64,000 nucleotides of DNA from Tubiluchus corallicola (taxonomy: Eukaryota; Animalia; Priapulida): positions 744,001 to 808,000 of the forward strand of contig JAQGDQ010000006.1 in the NCBI GenBank assembly GCA_030141605.1. Direction: 5' to 3'. Positions 15,001-26,602 of this stretch are shown piece by piece. Within the stretch, counting starts at the first letter, position 1. Every line of letters starts with the position of its first letter. The notes under the pieces are model-generated. The model did not search any database. It saw only the letters and a program-made list of their open reading frames with translations, and was not told the origin of the DNA. The translations under genes and the position numbers were made by a program.

Positions 15001-15804
15001 ACACACATAAGTTAATTTTCTTCTATCGACACACAGAGTATAGTTGTATGTGTCTCTCGACAGAAGAAAATTAGCTTATGTACATTACTTTCTAGTTACA
15101 GTCTAGTCAGTTGCTGTGAGTACTATAACTTGGTAGGTTTACAAATTTTAATTAGAAACTCATGCATATAGGCTTTTTTTTACAAATTTTCTTGAAAACT
15201 GAATATCCTATGTGTAATTCTAATTGGAATTCTCTTACAATTCATCAGCATTAAGATTTGAGACACTACATGTTACACCTACTTTAAAGTTCTTGTTTTG
15301 TAACTTTTTTCATTATAAATTGAAAAACCACTGCATTTTATAGGTGATGTTCCGCTGAGTGCAATTCAATCTGGAAGGTACAAGATTGGACTTACAAATA
15401 TTAGTACAACAAATGATGACCATGACATTCATGAGACATTGCATGACTCAAATGATTACAAACCCATACAAACAGTTAGTGAGCCACAACTGCCATTTGT
15501 TGAATCAAATGTGAGTGAATCGGACATGCAAGTAGCAAATGTATCAACACCCGAGACCATTCCCTGCCTGACAGTCAGTCAGACAACTAAACCCAATGAG
15601 AGGCACATACTAGGAGAGGATTCTCCATCACTAGCTCTCCTGACCAATCCAAATACCTTTACACTAGAACAACCATCACCTGGAAAGAAACGAATCACTA
15701 AAGCAGATTTTAGCAAGTCCACACACATCCGAGAAAGGGAGCCAAATCCAGATGATCCACTTAGTACAATTGATCCTTTATGGAGCATTAACTCAAAAGA
15801 CTAA
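1..15804 (+). CDS. PTPN23: Tyrosine-protein phosphatase non-receptor type 23 (HD-PTP): Bro1 C-terminus, V/coiled-coil domain, low-complexity region, PTP domain; 5'-truncated by window edge
   Basis: Frame-consistent GT-AG exons: <1-163, 1417-1496, 1954-2068, 2672-2737, 3264-3403, 3718-3809, 4406-4610, 5207-5364, 5568-5719, 6030-6226, 6586-8721, 8946(or 8925)-9154, 9414-9658, 10025-10118, 11107-11203, 11656-11819, 11980-12141, 12596-12648, 13069-13173, 13691-13890, 14799-14879, 15344-15804. Peptides [67 protein letters not shown] and C-terminal [12 protein letters not shown] match recalled HD-PTP. Confidence 0.97.
266..1035. mobile_element. Possible degenerate non-autonomous DNA transposon (Harbinger-like ends) in PTPN23 intron
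   Basis: Right end AGTCTGATAAACGGCGCC is inverted relative to TTTATCAGACT near 274-284; interior is more CpG-rich than the flanking intron. Family assignment is a guess. Confidence 0.3.
10454..10996. mobile_element. pogo/Tigger-type MITE (Tc1/mariner superfamily)
   Basis: TA|CAGTAAGCTCTGTGTAACTCGA ... TTGAGTTATATAGAATTTACTG|TA: imperfect terminal inverted repeats, TA target duplication, internal CGAGTTA repeats. Confidence 0.8.
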
Positions 15805-15864
15805 ATCCGTTTTACTAACTGTTTTGCTAGAATGCTGGAGTTTACCTCACTATTGTCTTTTATA

Positions 15865-16720
15865 CAGTGTAATTCACTTACAACGAAGTCTGTTATGAGA
15901 AGCCTCTGGTTATTGCGAGTGAATTTCAAAATCACACCAAATCTTGATTAATAATGCATTTAAACCTTGCTTACGACAAGCTCTGACATTAGAAGTTTTG
16001 GCTTATTATGAGAGAATTTAGCTGCTGTGTGATACACTTTGTCTATAATGAGCGCACATTCTAAAACAATGGTGCAGCATGCCATGTATCATCAAGGGCA
16101 AAAAGTTATTAGCAATTAGGGCTGAGGATTAGTTTATTGAGCATGCATAACACCACAGAATGTAATATCTGTAGAATACAAAAATGTCTAATAACACTTA
16201 TGCAAAGCACTCTGAGCTATCAGCAGGGGGTTTAGAGAAGGAACTTGAGTGTAGTTTCAGCATGTTGAGTGCTGCTACATATGCATCACAGGCCCAGAGA
16301 AACAAATTATTGAAATTTATGCCTTACAAAAGCGATGTTAACAATTTGTGACAATCAAAGGGCAGTGCAGCAGAGATAAGCGAAGCAGCTGAATAATCAA
16401 AATAACCTTATTTAAAATGGTTCTTAATTAGATTAGCTGTGCTAGTTTAATAGCGTTACAGTTAAAGTAATGAGTAGTCCAATTACAAGACTAAGCTTAC
16501 TTCACATTACTGCATTACATTACTTATACTGTACATTATAGTACTATACTACTAAAGTACTATAAAAAGCAATTTGATTACAGTAACGTGGTATGTACTT
16601 CCCAACACTGTCCTCCTTATAGCTTTCATTTTATACACTTAAATAATTGACCTCGTCTATTCGTACACTCGGTTATAGTGAGCAGTTTTCTCCGAAACTT
16701 GTTATAAGCGGATTATACTG
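15865..16720. mobile_element. pogo/Tigger-type MITE remnant in the PTPN23 3' region
   Basis: TA|CAGTGTAATTCACTTACAAC ... GTTATAAGCGGATTATACTG|TA inverted ends; contains an internal hAT-like terminus CCCAACACTG at 16601-16610. Confidence 0.7.
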
Positions 16721-17115
16721 TATAACATTTCTGGATTTGACAAATGCTATTGTGTTTTATTGATGCTACTGTAATACACTTCTGTTATACTTGTATTTTG
16801 TCATCTGGCTGATACTATACCATCAGTGAAAGACGTTACAAAAATTTATTGACTAAAGTTTTTATTTTAAACTCTTTTTCATAATTCGTTAATAGTTTCA
16901 GTGTACATGTAATGCATAATTGAATTAAATCATTATTCTGGATATTACTGCATAGTTGCATCTAACAAACAAACTTCGTAAGATGTAACGGTTATGCACA
17001 GTTCACAAAGCATCTGATATTATGTTCAAGTTGAGAGGTGCATAAAAAGTCTTTGCACGTTCTTATTCGTTTACCGAAATTTGTTGTTTAATAAATTGTC
17101 TAAAACACTACTAAT

Positions 17116-17197
17116 AAATTTAGTGTTTTAGATGCTGCCACAATTAGTGCATATTAATCAATGCACTAATTGTGGCAGCATCTAAAACACTAAATTT
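17116..17197. repeat. Perfect 37-bp inverted repeat with 8-nt loop
   Basis: AAATTTAGTGTTTTAGATGCTGCCACAATTAGTGCAT (17116-17152) is the exact reverse complement of 17161-17197. Confidence 0.95.
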
Positions 17198-17411
17198 CAT
17201 CATAAGGTTGAAGAAAGGAGGAATTTTAGCTTTTGTTTGAAAACTTAAAACTGACGTGCTTGCTGTCTTTCTTACTTGTATATCGGTACAGGATCCTCCC
17301 CCTTTTTTGTACACAGTTGTGACTAATGTTTGCAATCATCGTTAAATTATTGCAGTAATTTATAAAATTTAATTTTGTGTATATAATTTTGTTGTTCGTC
17401 AGAATTGTTAT

Positions 17412-17412
<1 letters not shown>

Positions 17413-17442
<30 letters not shown>
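17413..17442. repeat. (TTA)n microsatellite
   Basis: Direct reading of tandem TAT/TTA units. Confidence 0.9.
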
Positions 17443-19489
17443 GCATTTATGGTGTTAGTAACATATCATCATGCTCCTCAAAATTACTTTACGAAATAAT
17501 CTATTGTGCGGTTTGAAAAGTTAGTATGTCTGTTACTGTTACTTTTGGTTTCAAAGACTGTTAGAATAATGTGGAAAGCAGCAATTTAGATTTTACTACT
17601 TTCTTTTAATTTCTATGATTTGCTAACAAAGGGCTAAAAAGTGTGGCAGAAGAATAATGTTGCACGTCATGTAAGCGGCTGAAACACTACGGTTAAAGAG
17701 ATTCAGTTAATAATAATAATAATACACAATAATTATTAATATTAATAAATTTTCATTATTGAAAGGAATTTTATGCACACTGATTCAGGAACTAGCTGTA
17801 GGATTTTGTCTGCTAGAACTTGAAAATAAGGTTAAAATAAGAGAATAACGTTTTCTTAGTGTTTGCACCTGTAGGATGGAGCAAAGGTCAAGCTACAAGC
17901 CTTACTAAAAAGACATCTCTGGGCCTGGCCGAGGATGTTTAATCGCGTGCCGGGTCCTTAGCCACTCAGAAGCTGCAGCGATGTTTATCATTACTTTCAC
18001 CGACCTAAACAAAAGTTTGAAATTTCGCTCAGAGAATGGTGTTGTCAAGCTCGTGAAGTCATTGCTGTTTTTACCAGTGCATGTTACGAACGCAGTTTGA
18101 CTTTATCTAAGTACCACCAGCACATATCAACGGCATGTAGTGAGTTCATTTTCTTCTGACGTCCACTGTTATAAACTTTTCAACATGGTCCAAATTAATG
18201 TCGCAACATCTGACCAGCATTTGACGCAACATCTGAGAAGCAACGTAGTGGTTTTACAACAAGTACGGCAGTATTAAAACACCAGCTTTTATTTCACGAA
18301 GGGAATTCTTTTGCGGAGTGTAACAAACAACTTCAGACTGTAAGAAAAGCGGAAAGGTGGTGTTTTTTATGATACTATTAGTACTATAGTACAAACGTAA
18401 ATGAAACAGTAAAAAAGTTATTTGTAAACCTAAAGAGCATTATTTCCCACCATTTATAGAAGCAAGAAACGAGCATACAAAAATAGGATGTTATTTACGT
18501 TTACCCAATGTTGTAACAATTTGTAATTGAATAATTGGAAGTAATAATGCGACAAAATTACTATTTCGTCTTGATGAGGTAACTCTAGCGTGTAAAACAC
18601 TATAAGTGCTGCAGAAGGGCACCAATTTTTGTTCACAAATCAGCTTATTGCGAGTTTACTTTACCTTGATAAGCATTTTTCAGCGTTTACAATATCGAAA
18701 CTTTTTTACTGCATGGAAAAGCTTTTGTGGGATTTTTATAATTATTGTGGAGCATAAGTAATAAATACGCACGACTTTTGTGCGCGTATTGAGTTCTTTA
18801 AGCCGAAGGGTACGTGGTGATGCCACCTGGCAACGAAAATAATACGAAAACAATTTACACTTCCTTTAAAATAATGATAACTAACTTTCACTGATTTTGA
18901 AACTGAGTCACCTGTATTTTAAATAACATGAAATTTATACAATAATCTACTAACATATGAGAAGTTCAGTATGGGCTTATCATATTTTTCTAAACAATGA
19001 TTTGTTTAAGGAAGGCATCAGTCGCTAGGTGATTATTTACTTTCAAGATTATCAATTCAGAATTGCACTAATAAGTACTGACCATATTAGATTTTGTGAT
19101 AATTGTACCCATAAAAGCTACCTAAAGTCTAATTTTGTGAATGTTGCTTTCTTACTCTGTTCTTTTATGCAAACATGCCTTGTAAATCCAAACCATGTTC
19201 TGATTTTCCCAATTTGTTTTTGCTTTCATTTGGTCAGTTTGGTTTGTAAAATTTAATAGTCTTAACCATGGATTCTTTTCGCCATACAGATTGCAAATGT
19301 GTTGCTCTTTATATTTGAAAACAGCATAACCAAAGTTTTATAGATGCCAGATACTGTGCGTTTTAATTCTATGTCTCAAAAATGAAAAATCGTATAATTA
19401 TTAACGAAATAGAACTTTATAGAAGTGAGTCGTAGTAAGCAGTTCTTGCAGTATTTAATATTTGCACCATCTGCTATAGTGCTCTAATT

Positions 19490-22400
19490 TGGCGGGGCAT
19501 TATGGGTGTAACGATCACTATGAATTGTGATAGCGAGAAACCTGTTAAACATAACCAAAAGGCTCTAGGATGTGACAACTGTTATAAGTGGATTCACCTA
19601 AGATGCTCACCGTTATCAGTTAACGATTATAATGACCTGGCTACAGATGATAATGAATGGTTTTGCCATCTTTGTCTACAGTCTATTTTTCCGTTCAATA
19701 ATATACCCGATGATGAAGAATTTAAACATATTGCACGTTTTTCAAATACAGTATTGGTTTTATCTTGTGCGATTATAATTTAAATCTCTTTTGCACTGAA
19801 TCAAAAGATAGCAATAATATCACGAATATGGCAGATCCTGATTTAATTTTTTTAATACACCAAACTTAATACCAAAAAGCAATTACTATGATGAAGATCA
19901 GTTCACATCTTTGTACAGTAACACTGATTTCAATACACCACTGTCTATGGTCCATGTTAATATTAGTAGCCTAAAAGCTAATTTTGATTATTTAAATGTA
20001 TATTTAGAATCATTAACTATAAGTTTTTCAATTATTGCCTTATCAGAAACATGGCCCCAAGATGATTCAGGAGTAACCATTTCCCTGCCTGGATATAAAT
20101 TTGAATCTATAAATCGTAAACACAAATCTGGTGGTGGAGTCGGCTTCCTTATAAGGAAAGACATACCTTATACAGTGAGAAAGGACCTATGCTACATCAA
20201 TGATCCAGACATAGAATCACTTTTCAATGAATTACGCAGCAAGAATAAAAATACAATAATGGGAGTAATATATAGACCACCTGGTGAAAATCCTTAATCA
20301 TTTTACAGACGAAATACAGAACACTATGGCAATTGTTAATAGACAAAACAAACATATTTTCTTATTAGGGGACTATAATATAAATTTAATAAACCATGCT
20401 TCTCACAACGAAACCGGACACTTTTTGGACACAATGCTGACCAATTATCTGTTGCCTACTGTTAAGAGACCAACAAGAATTACGCCTTATTCAGCAGCAC
20501 TAATTGATAATATATTTACTAAAGCACTAGACTATAAGTACAAATCAGGTATTCTTCTAACAGATATAACAGATCACCTCCCGATTTTTTTAATTATTGG
20601 TCTCAAAATTGAAACATTCAGTAAGGAATACGTGCACAAACATATTTATAATGTTCATATAAAAACAAAATTATCCGAGATTTAAATCAATGTGACTGGT
20701 CAGATTAATATTCTGCAACTAATACCGAAAATCCATACAATTTATTTCATACTAAGCTTTCTGATATCTATAACAAACATATTAAACTACAGAAAAACAA
20801 TAACAATCATAAAACAGCAAAAAACCTTGGATCAATTTTAGAAAGTGTTGAACGGAAAAATAAAATGTATCGTGCTCTGGTGAACAAGACAAATAATAAC
20901 GAATCTGGAGAAGAATACATACAAACGATATAGAAATGAACTTAATACAGTTATAAAAGCATCAAAATGTCAGTATTATAGGGATAGATTAATGACAGTT
21001 AAAGATAACATACAAAAAACATGGGATACAATGAAAGAAATTATGCACAAAGAAAGACAAAATCGACCCATTACGTTGTTCATAAACAGCAAATTAATTA
21101 AAGATAATGTAGAGGTGGCAAATGCTTTTAACGATTACTTTGCCAATATTGGACCAATATTATCAGAACAAATTAAAAACACAAACATAAATCCATGTAT
21201 ATATCCTAAAGGCGCCGACAAAGCTTTTTTATTAGTGCAGTAACAGAAAATGATATAATAAATACTTGCTAATCGTTTACTCGGAATAAAGGTCCTGATA
21301 AGGACAAAATGTTACCTAAAGTCGTAATAGACACCATCGATTACATTTCTAAACCTTTACAATATCTATTTAATTTATCTTTCCTTACAGGTGAAATACC
21401 AGTGAAATTGAAAGAATCAATTATTGTTCCTTTGTTTAAATCAGATGATACCATGTCTTATTATTTAATAAAAAAAGAATTCTGAGTAATAAACAATTTG
21501 GTTTCAGAAAAGATAGCTCCACTGAAATAGCTTTAACAAAAATTATAGACAATATCAGTAATACTGTTGAAAAAAATGGCACATCCTACGGAGTATTTTG
21601 CGACCTATCAAAAGCATTTGATACAGTAAATCATGACATTCTGCTAAACAAGTTGTACTGTTACGGTATCAGAGGTTTGCCTCATATGTGGCTAAAGAAT
21701 TATTTAACAGGGCGCACTATTTAACACACAGTGAAATATAATAACGCTTTTTCAGATCTAACACCAATCAAATGTGGCGTGCCCCAAGGCTCAGTCCTTG
21801 GGCCACTACATTTTCTAATTTATATTAATGACATCAAATTTTGTGTTAAAAATTACTTAATAGAAAACCAGAATAGAAAACATAAATACTTAATAGGAAA
21901 CATAAAATAGAAAACAACATTGGCTACATAAATACAGTTCTACATGATCTAGCTATATGGTACAAAACAAATAAACTGTCACTAAATTCATCAAAAACAA
22001 AATACATTCTGTTTAGATCCCGAAATAAACCAATTCAGATGAGCCACGATTTAATAATAGACCATAAAAGTATGACACGTGTAAAAGAACTGAAATTTCT
22101 GGGATTAATCCTGAATGAGCATCTAGACTGGCGACCACATATATTCATGATCAGATTGAAAATATATAAAAATATAGGTATTATCTCATATATTAAAAAC
22201 TTCCAAAACACCGAACATCTTCTAACATTATATAACAGTTTAATATCATATTTAATCATAGTTATCATATTTAAATTACTGCACAACATTATGGGGCTTT
22301 AGTTATACTACAAATTTAGAATGCTTAAGAGGTTACAACGAAAATTTTTACGTGTCATCTTCAAACTAGACAAAAGGAGCACAATTACTACTACACATTT

Positions 22401-23140
22401 TAAGCAATGTCAGATATTACTTCTGGATGATGTTATTAATTTTAATGGATGTATATATATGTATAAAACCAACAACAACTTATTTCCAACTTTTTTTGAA
22501 AATCCAGTCAAGATAAATGTAAAAAGATACAATACCAGACATAATGAATATATACCAAGACTTTGTAAAACAAATATGGCAAAACATTTCATAAGCTATA
22601 TGGGACCAGTCCTATGGAATAGACTTAAGCCGCAATGCAAAATGTAGTCACTCCCTTTCAACTTTCAAAAAACCGTCAGAAAAGAAATATTTCAAAAGTA
22701 TTGAGAGTAACACAGTTTGATAATGGCAATCACCTGCATTCTTTTTCCACAGTAATCATAGTAAAACGTGACTATGCTCAACAGGTTACTGAACACTTGA
22801 TAATCATGTCACAGTTTTTCTTAGTTCTCGCTTCATTTCATCTTTCATTCACTACTCCCCCACTTTTATGTATATCAAATATGTATATTATTTCAATTAT
22901 TAATCACTTCTTTAAGATTTCCACGTTCAGTTTGGCCTGTCAAGTTATGTTTTAGGCTCAAACTGTATGCATCAAAATTACTCTGTAATGTAATTTGCAC
23001 ATGTATATGCTGCACAAGAATCTCTTTTGTAATTTCTGGATAATGTTGCATTTATATTTATGTTTACTTCAGTGAAATTATCTGTATTTTCACTATAACT
23101 GTTAGATGCAGAGTGGAAATAAATAAACTTATAAACTTGT
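19490..23140 (+). mobile_element. Near full-length, frameshifted LINE of the CR1/L2 group (Crack-like): PHD finger, AP endonuclease, reverse transcriptase
   Basis: PHD (CDNCYKWIHLRC...WFCHLC, 19502-19783); APE motifs LSETW, GGGVG, IYRPP, GDYN, PTR, IDNIF, TDHLPI (19911-20685); RT motifs [26 protein letters not shown] (about 21490-21840); 3' AATAAA plus TAAACT tail near 23118-23138. Multiple stops and frameshifts. Confidence 0.93.
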
Positions 23141-23234
23141 GTTACAATTTTCTTTCAACTTTCTTCAAAATTTTCATTAAAATTGTACTCAATTCCCCTG
23201 TAGAGGGTGATAGAAGCGCTGCGAGGTGTAAAAC

Positions 23235-26097
23235 ATGGCAGCGCTCGAAAAGAAGTCAATCGTTTTCGTTTGTCTTGGTAACGATGCACTTATTTTAATA
23301 CAGTATTCTTATTTATACTTGCGGACGATCTGCACCTAACCACATTCGATAAAACTTGGACGCTTTCATGTGAAGCTTTGTTTGTTTGTACGGACTGAAT
23401 TCGGTCGAATTTAGAAGTCTCACTCTCAGCTGTGAATGCTCGTTTCCCCTTGATATTTTATGGCTGCTACACTGGCTAACATCAACAGAAGCAGTTTTTG
23501 AGACTTTTATCGATTTAGATATGAAACCAATAAGTGCATTGCAGTGGCGGTTCGTAGCTAAAATCAGTAGGGCGCTGCTTCAGAAAATTTTTAGCCATTG
23601 TTTTAACATTAATGAAATATGAAACATAAGAAGAAAATTTATACATAAATTTGATAAAATCCTAAACAAAAAATATTTTTAGTTACAGTTCAAGTGAAAT
23701 TATACTAATTAATCGATTTACTATGTTAACTTGAACTTAAATGGTTGATTCAAAAACAAAATCCATTCTTCTTGTTTACTTTGTGCGGAAAGATTAATAA
23801 TATTCTTCTTGATCAACACTGCGTGAGCAACAATGCTCTCTACCTAGTGCGCAGCATCTTATAACAGACATGTGTGCCTGGCTGCATGTACGCACGTTGG
23901 TGGACCTGTGAAGCGCACAGTTCTGTCACGTATGTTGGTTCCTTTACAAGGAACTTTACAAGTAAATACAAGAAAAAAGACTCATCATATTGAATATTAA
24001 CGATAATATCAAGTGAAAATAGGGGGTGCTGCAGTTCTACAGTGCTTATGTATGAGCTGCCACTGGTGAATTCTGCAGGAATGGAAACTTGGTGTCGTAA
24101 TATTTAATACGCTCCTGCATTTAATATAAAAATTTCTTATATTTACAGGTAATATTTGCAGATCTCCAATTGCAGAAGCAATATTTATTCAACTTGCCAA
24201 AGAGCATGGGGTTGAAGACGTAGTAAGTATAAGAGCAAGCTGTTGAGTTGTTTACCTGAGATTAAGATATTTTACTCTAGTTAACTTGATTTCTTTCGTC
24301 TTATAGCAGTGTGTTTATTTTCTCTGATTTACAGTGGGTAATAGACAGTGCCGCTATGGGTCCATGGCACGTTGGCAACCAACCTGACAAAAGAGCAAGA
24401 AAAACACTAGAAAAGCATAATGTTCCCACAACCTGCCGAGCTCGGCTGGTAAGTGCTATCACATTTTCTTGTGTACTGGCAGTTTGCAGACTACGCAGAT
24501 CACACAAAGTAATTATATAATATGACAATTACAAAAAAGGAAACAGTTTTAGATGTTGTGACAACATTGCAGAGATTTCAAAATGTTACTTAGCTTGTTA
24601 TTGCAAATTTTAACCTTCACTAGCTGTTTTGAGCTTCTTAAAAGTTATTTTTAACAAAATGCCTATAATGACATTTCAGCACATTAGTGGTTACCTTCTA
24701 TAGAGTATCGTAATCCTAATTTCCTATAGTTTGGCTTCGTAATTGTTTTTGTTTAAATGCCAACTTGATGTCGCATGTACAGTGGAAGCACTATTTGCCC
24801 AAAAGCCCCAATGAACCTTCTTCACCAAATACTTTTTTACAATACTTTTTTTTTACTTTGAGGGCGTTAGAATTGTCGCTTCACAAATAATGCTCACTGT
24901 CATGATTTTTGTTTTGCCGCTATAGGTTTGTGAAACTACGTAAAATTCTTTACCAACTTTTTTTTCTTGTAGTTACAAATTTGTATCACAGGTTATTTAT
25001 TTTAGGTAACTCAGTCAGACTTTACTGAATTTAAGTATATTATAGCAATGGATATGAATAACTTGAGGTATGTCGAACTCAATTGTTCATGGTTCTAGTT
25101 CATTGGTTTTCTGATTCTGTGAAGTATTTAGTATAACACTTACATACTAATTAGAGCTTTACAGTCTCATATCCATAGTTTTCCTTGTACCAACTTTTTA
25201 ATGTCAAGATGCTATGACAAAGAATAAGAACATTTTGCTAAAGTTTAAATTGATGTTTGCAGCTGCAATTTTCTTTTTAAGCTGCCCCGTAAATTTCCAC
25301 TACATAAGAATTTTTCCTGATTATTATTAATAAGATTGGGTACCTCATTTGTTCATTTTTAAGGGACACAATTGAATGAATAATTATCTTAATGTGTTAA
25401 ATACTAAAAGTTGGACAAGCGCAAGTATTTTTATTATACTTCAGTAAAAATGAAAGTTTAACACCAATTTTTAATGCAGAGATTTAAACGAGATTAAACC
25501 AAAGAATGCTACAGCGGAAATCTTAATGCTCGGAGATTATGATCCCCAAGGGGAGAAGATAGTCCATGATCCTTATTATGTGAGTAACATAATCACTAAG
25601 CTTTACTAGTTTATCCAAAAAACGTGTATTCAGAAATCTAAGCAAAACAACGGTTGAGTAGGGTACAGTACAGATTTGTTAGAAGTATTAACTATTTCAA
25701 TTCCACACGCCAGCCAGAATCTGCTCACAACTTTACAAAGTTATAGTCGTTGTACCTTTTTCTCTTTTGTTCAAAACAGCCACACCTATCTGGCATGAAT
25801 GCTAGACTAGTTGGGTACTAACAGCAAACTGGTCTAGTAAAAATGCCCTAAACATGCACTGGCTTGAAAGCATTTGCGACCATTTAGAAATGGGTATCTC
25901 AAACCATTTTTTACATCCAAAGTTCCTTGAAATCAAATTGAAGCATATTTTGTATAATTATGGAATTATAATTGGATGCATGCTGAAGTTTAGACATTAC
26001 CTCTTTTTTACAGGAAAGAGATGAGAGTGCATTTGAAGTCTGCTATCAGCATTGTCTCCGTTGCTGCAAAGAATTGTTTAAAGAGTTAAACAAATAA
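23235..26097 (+). CDS. ACP1: Low molecular weight phosphotyrosine protein phosphatase, 158 aa
   Basis: Exons 23235-23277, 24149-24222, 24335-24448, 25006-25067, 25480-25579, 26014-26097 (477 nt). Translation [25 protein letters not shown]...WVIDSAA...AMDMNNLRDL...DPYY; intact CLGNICRS P-loop and DPYY general-acid loop. Confidence 0.97.
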
Positions 26098-26602
26098 TTG
26101 TGATTTTGATAGTAAATCTTTTGTTATATATTAAAGTTGATAAAGAAACAAGAAGTGAATGCAGGTAAAATTATGAAATTCAACACATGTAAATGTAAAA
26201 AAAGAAAATTTGAAGATCCACAGATAGAGAAAGCTTGACTACGAGGTTGGAATAAAAGTATAATATTCTTGTGCTGCTCTTTGGTGAACAAAGCTAAACT
26301 AACTAAAATGTATTTTTTTGTAGTTTGCGTGCATTTGTTACTATGTGGATTGTAGTTATTAGTTAGCATGCTTTAAATTTCTTTGCTGTGGATGTTGTAG
26401 GAATAATCGAGTAATAAATGCTCGTGATTTTTTGTTTCTAGTTGACAAGTATGTTTAAGCTGTTATCTAATTACTATGAAACTATTGGAACTATTTCCGG
26501 CTTCACAACTTTTAAATTGCGTAATTATGTATTAATATAAATCTACTATTTTCTTAAGTTACAGTCCAGCCAAGATAGGAGCAAATGCTAAGCAACATAT
26601 TA

